64,000 nucleotides of DNA, from NCBI GenBank assembly GCA_000004985.1, contig GG738900.1; one strand, given 5' to 3'. The stretch is from Naegleria gruberi (lineage: Eukaryota). Shown here piece after piece: positions 9,001-16,497 of the stretch (position 1 is its first letter; each line of letters opens with the position of its first letter). The notes under the pieces were generated by a model. That model did no database searches and was not told the DNA's origin. It saw only the letters and a list, made by a program, of their open reading frames with translations. The translations under genes were made by a program, and so were the position numbers.

Positions 9001-11789
9001 NNNNNNNNNNNNNNNNNNNNNNNNNNNNNNNNNNNNNNNNNNNNNNNNNNNNNNNNNNNNNNNNNNNNNNNNNNNNNNNNNNNNNNNNNNNNNNNNNNNN
9101 NNNNNNNNNNNNNNNNNNNNNNNNNNNNNNNNNNNNNNNNNNNNNNNNNNNNNNNNNNNNNNNNNNNNNNNNNNNNNNNNNNNNNNNNNNNNNNNNNNNN
9201 NNNNNNNNNNNNNNNNNNNNNNNNNNNNNNNNNNNCACCATAATAGTTTTCGGTACAATTACAAAGATCTGGACGGTAACAAATACCACGTCTATCCTTA
9301 GTACATACGCCAGTAAGTCCATTACAGATTGGAATTTCACAGTTAAAGCCTCCATATCCAAATGTACTATTACATGTGCAGTTATTATAAAAATCACAAG
9401 AACCACGTCCACTACAGACATCTGGAGAGTTGTATTCAATATCGGCGCAAGTTGTCCATTCACACCAAGTTCCATTATAATTAGGATAACAGCTACATGT
9501 ATCCTTTGCAATACAAGCGCCATGACCATTGCTACAAACTGATGATTCAGTACCTAGAGTACCGTTACACATGGCAATAGAACAATCTTGGCCGTATTGA
9601 TCTGGTAAACACAAGCAAGTATTGTTACCTATACAGTAACCATTATTTGAGCATCCATCTTCAACAATTGATTTGGAATTGAAACAGAATGTAAGTAAAC
9701 ATTGCTCATTAATGTATGGTTCGTATCCGTTGAATGTGATTGGAGGAGTGAATGTTACATCGAATAATAGCATCTGTGTACCACCCATAAACCATAAAGC
9801 GCCCTGAATAGTATCATAAATTTCAATTTGATGGTATGGAGCCATTCCTACCACTGTACCGTGAACATTTCCAGAGAAAAAATTACCATTTCTACCATAG
9901 TCCCAAGTCAACCAAAAGACATTTCTATAGGAGGCACATAACAGATAGTAAAAAACGGCATTATAATAATTGACGTATGGAGCCTTAAAAACAACAGGCT
10001 CAAGACCATGGATAATAAAAATATGATCCTTAATTGTGATACCATTAGGGAAACAATACACACCACCATGCTTGATAACAGTAATATTCTGTAATTCATC
10101 TTGACTATTAATGGTATGTGTACAATCCATGTACAATAATTCCATGGATTTCTTTTCCATTTCTTGAATAATCAACTCTGTCATCGGATCATTTTGAGGT
10201 TTTGAAATGACAACATCATTTCCACTTGGTTCGTACATGACTGGAGTTGTTGGTGAGTAGGCATGAGAAACCTGAATGTCAGGTAAGGCGAAACTTGCCT
10301 GTAATTCCTTTTTAGAGTTTCTGGCAATCATAATAGGTTTGGAACTGATAAGTTTGTAGCCAGCAAATATATCTACAGCACAAGCCTCACCAATGAAACC
10401 AGTTTGGCAAGTACAATTGTTGTATGAAATACAAGTACCGTGTCCAGAACAAACTAAAGGAGAATTAGAATCATCACTGAAACATTGTGTCAATTCACAA
10501 TTAGAGCCAAAATAATTATCTACACAAGAGCAAGAGTCAGGAGCAGTACAGTTACCTAGTGAGGTACAAACAGAAGCATTAGAGAAATGCACACCAGAAC
10601 AATTCCAATGTTGGCACTTATCACCATAATATCCATACAGACAATTACAGTTATCAGAACCAATACAGTCACCGTTACCAGAGCAAACAGTTGAATCGTT
10701 TGATCCTATACCATAACACCAATGAACGGTGAAAATCTCTTCATCACAATTGTTACCAGAGTATCCATCAGTGCACAAGCATTTGTCTAAGGCTGTGCAA
10801 TTTCCTTGGCCATTACATACCAGTGAGGAGTTTGACAATACACCAAAGCATTGAGTAACTTGGCAATCATTTCCAAAATAATTGGAACTACATTGACAAT
10901 TATTTAAATCTACACAAGCGCCATTACCAGAGCAAACAGTTGAATCGTTTGATCCTATACCATAACACCAATGAACGGTGAAAATCTCTTCATCACAATT
11001 GTTACCAGAGTATCCATCAGTGCACGAGCATTTATCTAAGGCTGTGCAATTTCCTTGGCCATTACATACCAGTGAGGAGTTTGACAATACACCAAAGCAT
11101 TGGGTAACTTGGCAATCATTTCCAAAATAATTGGAACTACATTGGCAATTATTTAAATCTACACAAGCGCCATTACCAGAGCAAACAGTTGAATCGTTTG
11201 ATCCTATACCATAACACCAATGAACGGTGAAAATCTCTTCATCACAATTGTTACCAGAGTATCCATCAGTGCACAAGCATTTGTCTAAGGCTGTGCAATT
11301 TCCTTGGCTACTACATACCAGTGAGGAGTTTGACAATACACCAAAGCATTGAGTAACTTGGCAATCATCTCCAAAATAATTGGAACTACATTGACAATTA
11401 TTTAAATCTACACAAGCGCCATTACCAGAGCAAACTCTAGAGTCATTACTTAGAAGTTCATTACATTCAAAAACAGAACATAAAGGACCATAATAACCAC
11501 TATCACACAAACAATTATCTGGTGATTGGCAACCATGTCCTGACAATATTAACGGATTGATTTGTGGATATTCCAAGCATTCTATATATTCACAATTGTT
11601 GCCTGAATATCCTGTAAGGCAACTACAAGTCTCATCAGCTATACAAGTTCCGTTACCTGAGCAAACCAATAGATCGGTTGAATCCAACGAATTACAGGTA
11701 AAGGCTTGTACACACTTAGTTGAAAAAACTACTAAGAGCGTTACTAACACAACACACTTAATAAATAATGAGGTGTTGATTCCGCTCAT
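1..11789 (-). CDS. Giant secreted EGF-like (tenascin-type) repeat protein. ATG at 11789 with a signal peptide; the 3' end continues off the window. The ORF is interrupted by the assembly gap. Architecture is SP - EGF modules - module X - EGF modules - [gap] - module X - at least 35 EGF modules.
   Basis: Minus-strand translation from 11789 gives MSGINTSLFIKCVVLVTLLVVFSTKCVQA, then CxSGxGxCxxxxxCxCxxGYYGxxCE repeats of ~32 aa. The same frame is continuous from 4289 down to 1 (translated by hand, no stops). The frame at 11789 and at 4289 is identical (7500 nt apart). The ORF track lacks it because the frame never terminates inside the window. Confidence 0.8.
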   Translation of the reverse strand, partial: MSGINTSLFIKCVVLVTLLVVFSTKCVQAFTCNSLDSTDLLVCSGNGTCIADETCSCLTGYSGNNCEYIECLEYPQINPLILSGHGCQSPDNCLCDSGYYGPLCSVFECNELLSNDSRVCSGNGACVDLNNCQCSSNYFGDDCQVTQCFGVLSNSSLVCSSQGNCTALDKCLCTDGYSGNNCDEEIFTVHWCYGIGSNDSTVCSGNGACVDLNNCQCSSNYFGNDCQVTQCFGVLSNSSLVCNGQGNCTALDKCSCTDGYSGNNCDEEIFTVHWCYGIGSNDSTVCSGNGACVDLNNCQCSSNYFGNDCQVTQCFGVLSNSSLVCNGQGNCTALDKCLCTDGYSGNNCDEEIFTVHWCYGIGSNDSTVCSGNGDCIGSDNCNCLYGYYGDKCQHWNCSGVHFSNASVCTSLGNCTAPDSCSCVDNYFGSNCELTQCFSDDSNSPLVCSGHGTCISYNNCTCQTGFIGEACAVDIFAGYKLISSKPIMIARNSKKELQASFALPDIQVSHAYSPTTPVMYEPSGNDVVISKPQNDPMTELIIQEMEKKSMELLYMDCTHTINSQDELQNITVIKHGGVYCFPNGITIKDHIFIIHGLEPVVFKAPYVNYYNAVFYYLLCASYRNVFWLTWDYGRNGNFFSGNVHGTVVGMAPYHQIEIYDTIQGALWFMGGTQMLLFDVTFTPPITFNGYEPYINEQCLLTFCFNSKSIVEDGCSNNGYCIGNNTCLCLPDQYGQDCSIAMCNGTLGTESSVCSNGHGACIAKDTCSCYPNYNGTWCEWTTCADIEYNSPDVCSGRGSCDFYNNCTCNSTFGYGGFNCEIPICNGLTGVCTKDRRGICYRPDLCNCTENYYGXXXXXXXXXXXXXXXXXXXXXXXXXXXXXXXXXXXXXXXXXXXXXXXXXXXXXXXXXXXXXXXXXXXXXXXXXXXXXXXXXXXXXXXXXXXXXXXXXXXXXXXXXXXXXXXXXXXXXXXXXXXXXXXXXXXXXXXXXXXXXXXXXXXXXXXXXXXXXXXXXXXXXXXXXXXXXXXXXXXXXXXXXXXXXXXXXXXXXXXXXXXXXXXXXXXXXXXXXXXXXXXXXXXXXXXXXXXXXXXXXXXXXXXXXXXXXXXXXXXXXXXXXXXXXXXXXXXXXXXXXXXXXXXXXXXXXXXXXXXXXXXXXXXXXXXXXXXXXXXXXXXXXXXXXXXXXXXXXXXXXXXXXXXXXXXXXXXXXXXXXXXXXXXXXXXXXXXXXXXXXXXXXXXXXXXXXXXXXXXXXXXXXXXXXXXXXXXXXXXXXXXXXXXXXXXXXXXXXXXXXXXXXXXXXXXXXXXXXXXXXXXXXXXXXXXXXXXXXXXXXXXXXXXXXXXXXXXXXXXXXXXXXXXXXXXXXXXXXXXXXXXXXXXXXXXXXXXXXXXXXXXXXXXXXXXXXXXXXXXXXXXXXXXXXXXXXXXXXXXXXXXXXXXXXXXXXXXXXXXXXXXXXXXXXXXXXXXXXXXXXXXXXXXXXXXXXXXXXXXXXXXXXXXXXXXXXXXXXXXXXXXXXXXXXXXXXXXXXXXXXXXXXXXXXXXXXXXXXXXXXXXXXXXXXXXXXXXXXXXXXXXXXXXXXXXXXXXXXXXXXXXXXXXXXXXXXXXXXXXXXXXXXXXXXXXXXXXXXXXXXXXXXXXXXXXXXXXXXXXXXXXXXXXXXXXXXXXXXXXXXXXXXXXXXXXXXXXXXXXXXXXXXXXXXXXXXXXXXXXXXXXXXXXXXXXXXXXXXXXXXXXXXXXXXXXXXXXXXXXXXXXXXXXXXXXXXXXXXXXXXXXXXXXXXXXXXXXXXXXXXXXXXXXXXXXXXXXXXXXXXXXXXXXXXXXXXXXXXXXXXXXXXXXXXXXXXXXXXXXXXXXXXXXXXXXXXXXXXXXXXXXXXXXXXXXXXXXXXXXXXXXXXXXXXXXXXXXXXXXXXXXXXXXXXXXXXXXXXXXXXXXXXXXXXXXXXXXXXXXXXXXXXXXXXXXXXXXXXXXXXXXXXXXXXXXXXXXXXXXXXXXXXXXXXXXXXXXXXXXXXXXXXXXXXXXXXXXXXXXXXXXXXXXXXXXXXXXXXXXXXXXXXXXXXXXXXXXXXXXXXXXXXXXXXXXXXXXXXXXXXXXXXXXXXXXXXXXXXXXXXXXXXXXXXXXXXXXXXXXXXXXXXXXXXXXXXXXXXXXXXXXXXXXXXXXXXXXXXXXXXXXXXXXXXXXXXXXXXXXXXXXXXXXXXXXXXXXXXXXXXXXXXXXXXXXXXXXXXXXXXXXXXXXXXXXXXXXXXXXXXXXXXXXXXXXXXXXXXXXXXXXXXXXXXXXXXXXXXXXXXXXXXXXXXXXXXXXXXXXXXXXXXXXXXXXXXXXXXXXXXXXXXXXXXXXXXXXXXXXXXXXXXXXXXXXXXXXXXXXXXXXXXXXXXXXXXXXXXXXXXXXXXXXXXXXXXXXXXXXXXXXXXXXXXXXXXXXXXXXXXXXXXXXXXXXXXXXXXXXXXXXXXXXXXXXXXXXXXXXXXXXXXXXXXXXXXXXXXXXXXXXXXXXXXLFLRGGYAGAECESDIFACYKMISNKPALLAKNSLANSVLTASIAIPSQVITPPTFLFPDPVYPYVGNGSYGITYTYDEFGKNLVDEVGKRVDELNTLPCDFIINNPDSLGKLIIVEFGGVYCLRDSWLIEGHKFVIVGTEPVVFRAPYIHYYGAEFKYEKCASYRNVFWSTYYFGNTVSDWILSTTLHGNVFVNHVHGTVIAKYGQEFWVAGKIHGAVWVHSEELGQVTLQEASFDAPITCDPKEPYVNSECLDIFSCYLIDHHSNLTCAGKGQCIDYNKCICKEDSYGDDCSVSICYGVYGNETYVCSGHGNCAGRDKCVCDFGYYGQMCQFTTCNGINNTSPLACNKRGVCEFYNNCTCNLTLGYGGPDCEIPICNGLVGLCSGAGRGDCISPNNCSCADGYYGKWCEITTCYGVESTNSSVCGEKGNCTAFDKCSCLEGYYGHTCQDFECFGISRLSNETCSGKGSCVNYDTCVCQPEFYGINCEVTSCNDIYSNETKSCSGHGKCVGLDTCNCTQNYYGPWCELTTCFGIEATNHSTVCSGRGSCSRFDVCSCLDGYYGPRCEFTSCDSISSNSTEVCNGVGTCIDLDICVCPNTYSGDFCEITSCFGVPTNIPSVCSGRGFCTHLDICNCDETLGYEGSNCEIPICNGIPAVNSTVCSSHGSCTGADHCSCDTGYFGSNCENTTCGGVSSTSHQVCSRHGFCATYNNCTCNLGYSGSICSVFSCRGTMNTEKAVCSGRGNCSDIDTCVCLSDAYGDDCSISKCNGTFSNFTNIVCSSRGHCIGTDSCNCTEGYYGKFCERTSCYGVDMANKSVCSGRGLCSDYNQCNCSEGYYGDNCQYHTCFGLNNTESKVCSGHGLCSRTDECKCASNYFGLNCSVTICNAVLSNETMVCSGRGECLSPNQCSCREGYYGDYCQVTNCYSIASNQSQLVCSGRGQCSDMNTCICDPDAYGPDCSLYKCNGALSNESIVCSGRGQCIETDHCNCTENNYGQFCQVTSCFGIPSNQTDLTCSGKGVCAQFNSCQCFENSFGSDCSEFKCFEILNVNLTACHSRGSCMSTNNCSCFLNYLGDECELTSCNSILSNDTNVCSGKGQCADFDSCACDEGYYGDNCEYFNCNGIEHLNSSVCSSRGHCTSYEKCECDEGYFGNNCQFFTCNSVNHTESTVCSSRGECSSYNNCTCRDNYFGNDCELTTCGSIQSNDSKVCSSKGSCMDYNICNCSAGYYGSECENFNCFGVSKFSNSTCSGRGDCIDGNTCVCMANMFGPMCEVTICDGILSNDSSVCSGHGSCVDVNDCDCDTNYYGSTCEVTTCNGVSSNTSSVCSGFGKCASFDRCQCEEHYNGNDCQYFTCNGVNHTETTVCSSRGECSSFNNCSCRDNYFGDTCELTTCGSIQSNNSKVCTSRGNCSDFNTCNCSSINYFGT
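3505..4240 (-). repeat. Non-EGF conserved module X, copy 1 (~235 aa), embedded between EGF runs
   Basis: Translation gives DIFACYKMISNKPALLAKNS...GGVYCLRDSWLIEGHKFVIVGTEPVVFRAPYIHYYGAEFKYEKCASYRNVFW...HGTVIA.... This is alignable to copy 2 through shared motifs DIFAxYKxISxKP, GGVYC, EPVVFxAPY, CASYRNVFW and HGTV. Confidence 0.7.
4291..9235. other. Assembly gap (4,945 N)
   Basis: An uninterrupted N run. ORFs 4223..9529 and 4258..9258 in the track are artefacts of translating N as X. Confidence 0.99.
9700..10385 (-). repeat. Non-EGF conserved module X, copy 2
   Basis: Translation gives DIFAGYKLISSKPIMIARNS...HGGVYCFPNGITIKDHIFIIHGLEPVVFKAPYVNYYNAVFYYLLCASYRNVFW...HGTVVG.... It is a diverged paralogue of copy 1 (roughly 40-45% identity by eye). 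Confidence 0.7.
10670..11440 (-). repeat. Near-identical tandem triplication of a 249-bp (83-aa, EGF-module) unit inside the giant gene
   Basis: The string 'agcaaacagttgaatcgtttgatcctataccataacaccaatgaacggtgaaaatctcttcatcacaattgttaccagagtatccatcagtgcac...' recurs at 10682, 10931 and 11180. The period is exactly 249 nt with only a few substitutions. A partial fourth copy starts at 11429. Confidence 0.9.
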
Positions 11790-12188
11790 TTTGAGTACGT
11801 TTTCTTAGTTATTGTTATTATTATTATTAGTATCGTTAATAAAATTAAGCGTTTTTTACGTTTCTACGTTGTTGCGTTTTTTGTTTTTTTGCAAGGGTCC
11901 TTAATTGTTGCACATTCAATCATGGCGGGCACGTATCTATTATTAAACCTAGCCTTATTCATGTGGAGTGTTCTTCATAAGAACCCTTAGATGAAACATG
12001 TTTCCATCTCCTTTTGGACAGCATCTTGTTTTGTTAACCGTTATTACCAAGACTTGGCAGTTGAACAATTTATGGGAATGAATACTAAAATCGGCCACTT
12101 TGATGCCATTTTAATTATTGTGAAATGTCTCTTTTGAATTTTTTATAATATTAATAAATATATGAAATTTAAAACTCATATTTTGTTA

Positions 12189-12326
12189 ACATAAACCTTT
12201 CAAAAGAACACAATCAATATAATTTTCTTCATCATCCTGGAAGATGGAGTTGAAGATATTCCGATAGTAATGCACACGCTCCACAATAGTATGAATTAAA
12301 TGACCAGTTTCACCAACGAGACTCAT
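12189..12326 (-). CDS. Possible small unannotated ORF or first exon (46 aa), upstream of the EGF gene promoter
   Basis: ATG at 12326 on the minus strand. It encodes MSLVGETGHLIHTIVERVHYYRNIFNSIFQDDEENYIDCVLLKGLC. Codon composition looks coding compared with the AT-rich surroundings. No recognisable family. Confidence 0.2.
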
Positions 12327-12362
12327 TTTCTTTTTTTTGAACCAATGATGCTTGAATATTAG

Positions 12363-14272
12363 TTGATCAACAGAAAAAATAAAAGCAACACAAAAGAAGA
12401 TTACAACATCATGTTCAACACAAGAGCAACTATTGTTGCTGCTGCTTCTCTAACAAGACTTGTCGTAAAATCCAAAGGTTCATTCTCCAACTCTACCAGA
12501 GCCTCACCAACAAAATTACTATTATTGAATGGAGGTTCTCAACAAACGACCAGTCGATCGGCTACTAATACAACCTCACCTGCGTCATCATCATCATCAT
12601 CGGAACAAACAATTCCATCTTCATGTCCTTATCATCAAAAGGATGCAACTTCCAACAAGGAAGAAGTAAAACCTCAACCATGGACTGAAGTGCCAGGACC
12701 AAAGCCATTGCCACTGATTGGTAATTTGATTCAAGTTCAAACCAATTCTAAAAACATGTCAGAATATTTAATGACACTATGTAAACAATATGGAGATTTA
12801 GTTAAATTGACTGTTTTTAATTTTAACATGTTGATGATTGCTAATCCACATTTATTAGGAGAATTATATAAAAAGGAAGAAAGAAGAAATGAAGTTGACA
12901 GTTTTAGACATTACAAATTGAAGAAGGGTCAAATTCTTACTCCAGTTGAAATGAGATATGATGAAGATTGGTATTCTATTCGTCAGCTTTATAACATTGC
13001 AATGAAACCAGAATATCAAGAAACCATTACACTTCCTCAATTATCTGAATTGAATGGAGACTTCATGAGAAGATTGATTAAGAGTTTGCAATCTGTCAAA
13101 GGAAGTGAAGCATTCAAATATGTCAACAGTTCAGAAACTAATTCAAGATATGCCTTTGATGTTGTCATGAAGGTCTTTCTTGTAAGTTCTATTCCAAAAT
13201 ATTTAAATATTTATATTTTAATACTAATTGAAATAATGTAGGGTGTGAAAATGACAGATGAAGTGACAAGCACTCTTCCATTCGATATTAATGAATTTGT
13301 CAATTATACTGTCCATGCCACTGATGTTGCTGTTAGATTGACAACCAAATTCCCAATGTACAAATATTACAGGACTCAAGAGTATAAAAGTTTTGAAAAT
13401 TTAATGGATAAATCATCAGAATATGCAAGATATTGCATTCAAAGATTCAAAACCAATCCATCTCAAAACGCCAGATTATTAGAATTGATTGAGGAAAGAG
13501 CTAAAGATCAAGATAGACCAGATGAAAGAGTTGAAAGCGTCTTGATGCAATTTTTACAAGGTGGTGTCGATATCACTGTTAGAATTATGAATAATTGCTT
13601 CCATAGATTAGCTCACCATCCTGAATGCCAAGAAAAGATTTATAAGGAATCTGTAGCAGTTTTTGGTGAACCATCATTGGAAGAAGTTACATCTGAAGAT
13701 GGACTTTCTATCAATTTGGAGCAGTACAAAAAGCTCAAGTATACCAAACACTTTATTGATGAGGTATTAAGATTGAATGCATTTGGTTATCTCACCATGG
13801 GAAGAAAATTGGATCAGGATACCGAAATTGGAGGATATATGATTCCAAAGGACACAATGATTCTTGCAATGCAAAGATGGGCAACTCTCAAAGATGAATT
13901 TGTTCCTCGTGGAGAAGAATTCATTCCAGAACGTCATGAAAAGGGTTCTCCATTAGCACCAGTCAATAATTTTGTTTCGCTACCGTAAGTAGTAGTTTGT
14001 TGTGGAATATCCCAATAATTTTCTAATATGAAAGATTTGGAGTTGGAGCTCGTAAGTGTCCTGGTTCACGTGTAGCAACCACAGAACTGCTCATTGGAAT
14101 TATCAATGCTGTCAGACATTTCCAGTTGTGCAACAATAATCTAGCATCATTCCCACCATCTTCTTTTGATCAATCCTTGCTTTATATTGATTCTGAAAAG
14201 TATCCACTTTATTTCACACCAAGAGATCATGTTAAGGAATTTGTAGAAAAGAACTCCAAGGTGTCTCAATAA
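12363..14272 (+). CDS. Cytochrome P450 monooxygenase, 3 exons: join(12363..13181, 13242..13984, 14035..14272). The N-terminus resembles a mitochondrial presequence.
   Basis: The last exon carries the heme-binding motif FGVGARKCPG. The introns are GTAAGT...TAG of 60 and 50 nt and restore the frame. The N-terminus is MFNTRATIVAAASLTRLVVKSKGSF. Confidence 0.85.
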
Positions 14273-14344
14273 CAAAGCAGCAAGGCCAAATAATCTAGTG
14301 TTCCCTCTTGTTGGTGGAATCAATCATTCGAACAATAAATGTGT

Positions 14345-16097
14345 TTATTTGTCAAGAATCTTTAAAGGAAGTTTGCCCTTCCATTCTGCAAACTTTTCCA
14401 GTAGCGGCATCATGTGAATAAGAATGAGAGAGAACATTCTAGTCTTCTTCCAAGCATCATGAGGATCCACCAAAATATCCTTCGAAATGTGTGGTTTCTT
14501 TGGTCTTGGGAAGTTGACACCAGTTGCAGCTCCTAAAATATCACCAACTGGATGTCTGGTCTTTTCTTGGTATTTGAGCAATTTAACAACCATATCACAA
14601 CTACTTGTAATTAAGCAACCTTAATAATAATCATATTAAGTATTAAATATTCATAAATACTTACCTGCACCATAACGTGGTTGACCCAATCCAATATAAA
14701 TCAAATTCTTTCTATTTGGAACAAAGATACCATGAATTAACTTTGGATATCCAAATTCAGTCTTTGTAACAAAATTATCCAACAATGGTACTGATGTAAA
14801 GTAACCAGTACAACAAACGATAACATCAAATTCCCTCTCTTCACCATTCTTGAATTCAACCTTATTTCCTCCTTTGAAACATTTGATATCTCCGTGTGGA
14901 TGAATTTCACCTAACTTTAAATATTGCAACAATTCAGAGTTAATAGTTGGGTGAGTTTCAAAGAGTCTGTGAGTTGGTGTTGGAATACCATAGTCCTTTT
15001 CATAGTCCAAACCAGTTGTAATTTTCAAAATCAATGTAAAGATTATTTGTTGAAGACGGAGTGGCAAATAAGGAATGATCAATTCAACAGATGGTTTACC
15101 AAATAAAGTTCTTGGTAAAAAGTAATAACCTCTTCTGATAGAAATGTGACTTTCCTTACCATATCTTGCAGCTTCAACAGCAACATCACAAGCACTGTTT
15201 CCTCCACCAATGACCAAAACACGTTTATCCTTAAAGATTGAAGGTTCCTTATAATCCTTACTGTGAATTAAGAGTCCAGTAAATTTGGATTGACCTTCAT
15301 AAGATGGCATTCTTCTACACCAATGGTGACCATTATTAATAATAACACCCTTATAGATACGTGTGAATTTTTGACCATTCTTTTCAAATTCAACCTTATA
15401 TTCAGAATCCTTATTCTCAACAGGTTCAATACTATTAACAGTAGTTTCCAATGATAATCTTTCAGCAATTCTGTAATGTTTACAATAATCATGGAAATAT
15501 TCCATCATTTGACGACAGGATGGGAATTGAGGGAATGAAGAAGGCATTGGATAATCTTTGAATTCAGTTGTCAATCTACTACTAATGATGTGTGTCGATT
15601 CATAAACTCCAACACTCCAATTACCTCCGATAACATTATTAGTATCTAATGAACAGAGTTAATTTTTCCATGAAATTTAAAAAGATTAACATTCGTGTGT
15701 GAATAAAATTATTCGATAATAATAATTAGAAACCTACCGACAATATCAAAAGGAATACCATAACGAGTCAATGTGGCACTACTTCCCAAACCACTGAATC
15801 CACAACCAACAATTAAAAATTTGTTTTCTAAATTAATTTAAATCATCAAATCATCAAATCATCATCGGATCATGAAAATATATTAATATTGATAAATTGA
15901 TTATAGTTTGAAAACATACCAGTCTTTTCGAATGGAGCATCACTGAAAATTTCATCATACTTGCTTCTATCGTAGTGGAATGGAAATTCAGTTGGAGGAC
16001 ATTTCACTGGATCTGACCAGTAGAAAATCAAATCACTCCAATAAAGCAAGTAGAGTCCCAATAGAGAGATGGCAATGCAGCCAAGAAGTATTAACAT
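14345..16097 (-). CDS. Flavin-containing monooxygenase (FMO), 4 exons: complement(join(14345..14619, 14665..15645, 15738..15827, 15920..16097)), ~507 aa. It has an N-terminal TM anchor.
   Basis: FAD motif LIVGCGFSGLG in exon 2. Motifs VLVIGGGNSACDVAVE and FxGxxxHxxxY-like are in exon 3. All donors are G|GTAAGT, G|GTAGGT or G|GTATGT in phase 1. Intron lengths are 92, 92 and 45 nt. Confidence 0.8.
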
Positions 16098-16497
16098 TTT
16101 TTTCTTTTGTGCAACAAAGCAACTTGAAAGATTGTGCCATCAACAACAGTTCAGTGTGTAATAAAGATGACACTTCTTGTGTGATGATGAAGCTTGTTTG
16201 AGGAAGGACCTCAACACCGTGGTCCTCTTTTTTGTGCGAAGGCATTATTGTTCACTTTTTTCCTTAGCCAATTTGTCAAATCACTTACCATACTTTCTAT
16301 TGAGTCCCTTAAAAGGAATTAAATTTGCCATACTTTACTGAAATACAGTTGTGAATTTTCCTGGATCTATTATGTCAATTCTAAACATTCATTATTGTGT
16401 TTAGATCTTCTAGAATAATAAATTATTCAAAACAGGTCAAGTTAATAATTAATAGTTTTTGTTTTTTTATGAAGAGTTAATACAGGTTTGTACAGGT

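Noticed and set aside
4223-9529. Two very long ORFs in the track (1768 aa and 1666 aa, mostly X)
   Set aside because: They exist only because the 4,945-nt N run translates to X without stops. Their non-N ends are in the wrong frames relative to the real EGF-repeat frame.
10670-11440. Could the regular 249-bp tandem repeat be a CRISPR array or satellite?
   Set aside because: The repeats are in-frame coding EGF modules of a eukaryotic gene. There is no repeat-spacer structure, and the period and content are protein-driven.
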